64,000 bases of DNA from Dimorphilus gyrociliatus (Eukaryota; Animalia; Annelida), in assembly GCA_904063045.1 (NCBI GenBank), contig CAJFCJ010000011.1, positions 1 through 64,000 on the forward strand. The letters are read 5' to 3'. The first letter of the stretch is position 1, and every line of letters starts with the position of its first letter. The notes under the pieces are model-generated. The model was not told the DNA's origin and made no database searches. It was given only the letters and a program-made list of their open reading frames with translations. A program made the translations under genes and the position numbers. Below are positions 58,705 through 64,000 of the stretch, one piece after another.

Positions 58705-59207
58705 CTAACCAAACGATAAAGCATGTTTTTTATTTTTTTCCAGTTCCAACTGTCTTCTTAAGCAAAGGTTCTTGGATTCTGCAATTATCCTTTTACTTTT
58801 TTCTGTAGTCTAAAATTAAATGTACTACAATTTAAAAATCTTGATATTGAAATTAAGAAACACAACCAATTTTCCTTTTATTTTTGATAATTCTTCGTCC
58901 TGTCTTCTTAACTTATACTTCAGCTTTAAAATGACATTTTCCAAGCTAGAATCGTCCTTATAATAATTTAAATAGAGCTTTTTAACGTATCCTCTATACC
59001 AAGAAACTTCTTGTCGACATTGTGGACATATTCTTTTAGTCGAAAACCTAGTTTGTAAATGTTTTAATGGAGGCATTTTTAATAATTTTTTCTAACAAAC
59101 CACTCTTCTAGACATGATTTATGAAATACGTGTCCACAATACGTCACAGACAATTCTGAGCAATCCTTAAAAATGTCTAAACAAATTGTACAAGCGGCGT
59201 TTTTCAT
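58705..59207 (-). CDS. Short TRAIP-like RING-H2 plus coiled-coil protein (130 aa)
   Basis: Exons 59207-59101, 59047-58867, 58809-58705: MKNAACTICLDIFKDCSELSVTYCGHVFHKSCLEEWFSTKRICPQCRQEV...VKKLYLN, similar to the TRAIP N-terminus (ALCTICSDFF...CGHTFHLQCLIQWF...CPQCR...INKLFFD). Confidence 0.8.
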
Positions 59208-59581
59208 TCTTAGAAAATCTTCCTTTTATGAGAATTGCTTTACGCAGTGAGCAAATTAATACTATTTTTTTTTTACTACCGGAAACGGAATATCTATAAT
59301 TGGCGCATATACAATAACTTCAACTAAAACTTGTGTATTACTGTATTTTTTTTACTAAGTATGTTATTCAAATAGAAATAACAAAATACGTTGTTTAATT
59401 TTATTTGAGCAATAGAGTCTTTACAAAAAAAAGAAGACATATAATAGTTCTACAATCGAGACAGATAATTTAAGTCTTGATGGCTATCACAGACGTAACA
59501 AAAGAGTACGAGATATATATATATACGGTAAAAAAAATTACTTTTCATCTATAAAACTACTGACGATTCCTAAAATCGAAA

Positions 59582-64000
<4,419 letters not shown>

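Overview
AT-rich, very gene-dense animal genomic DNA: about 27 protein-coding genes in 64 kb, with typical GT-AG introns of roughly 50-70 nt and head-to-head housekeeping pairs. A UspA gene, an Rv2258c-like methyltransferase and motile-cilium genes suggest a compact-genome lophotrochozoan; a miniaturised annelid such as Dimorphilus is an inference only. Recognisable genes in order: FH (partial), RILPL, BRAT1, PPIE, DDX49, a CARD-like protein, USP, an orphan with a transposase-like DNA-binding tail, MIURF/AltMIEF1, CEP295, MRPS31, a decayed Tc1 element with perfect 129-bp TIRs, SLK/STK10, an orphan coiled-coil protein, FAM177A1, NPRL2, a tetraspanin, NFS1, SPAG16, a divergent poly(A) polymerase, COX6B, a calmodulin-like protein, a SAM methyltransferase, an FGFRL1-like Ig protein, SEC23, PAF1, a short TRAIP-like RING protein and EML5/6 (partial). 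Highlights not visible in the ORF track: (1) a 12-exon, 456-aa divergent canonical-type poly(A) polymerase with an intact catalytic triad, substituted nucleotide-recognition positions and no C-terminal regulatory tail; (2) an orphan signal-peptide exon that splices in phase to the FGFRL1-like exon 3.7 kb downstream, which would nest two same-strand genes in its intron; (3) BRAT1 and PPIE stop codons overlapping on one TTAA, each with a candidate poly(A) signal inside the partner gene; (4) a U12-type intron in SPAG16; (5) a candidate 6-nt microexon in EML5/6. All gene models were spliced by eye and have no transcript support.
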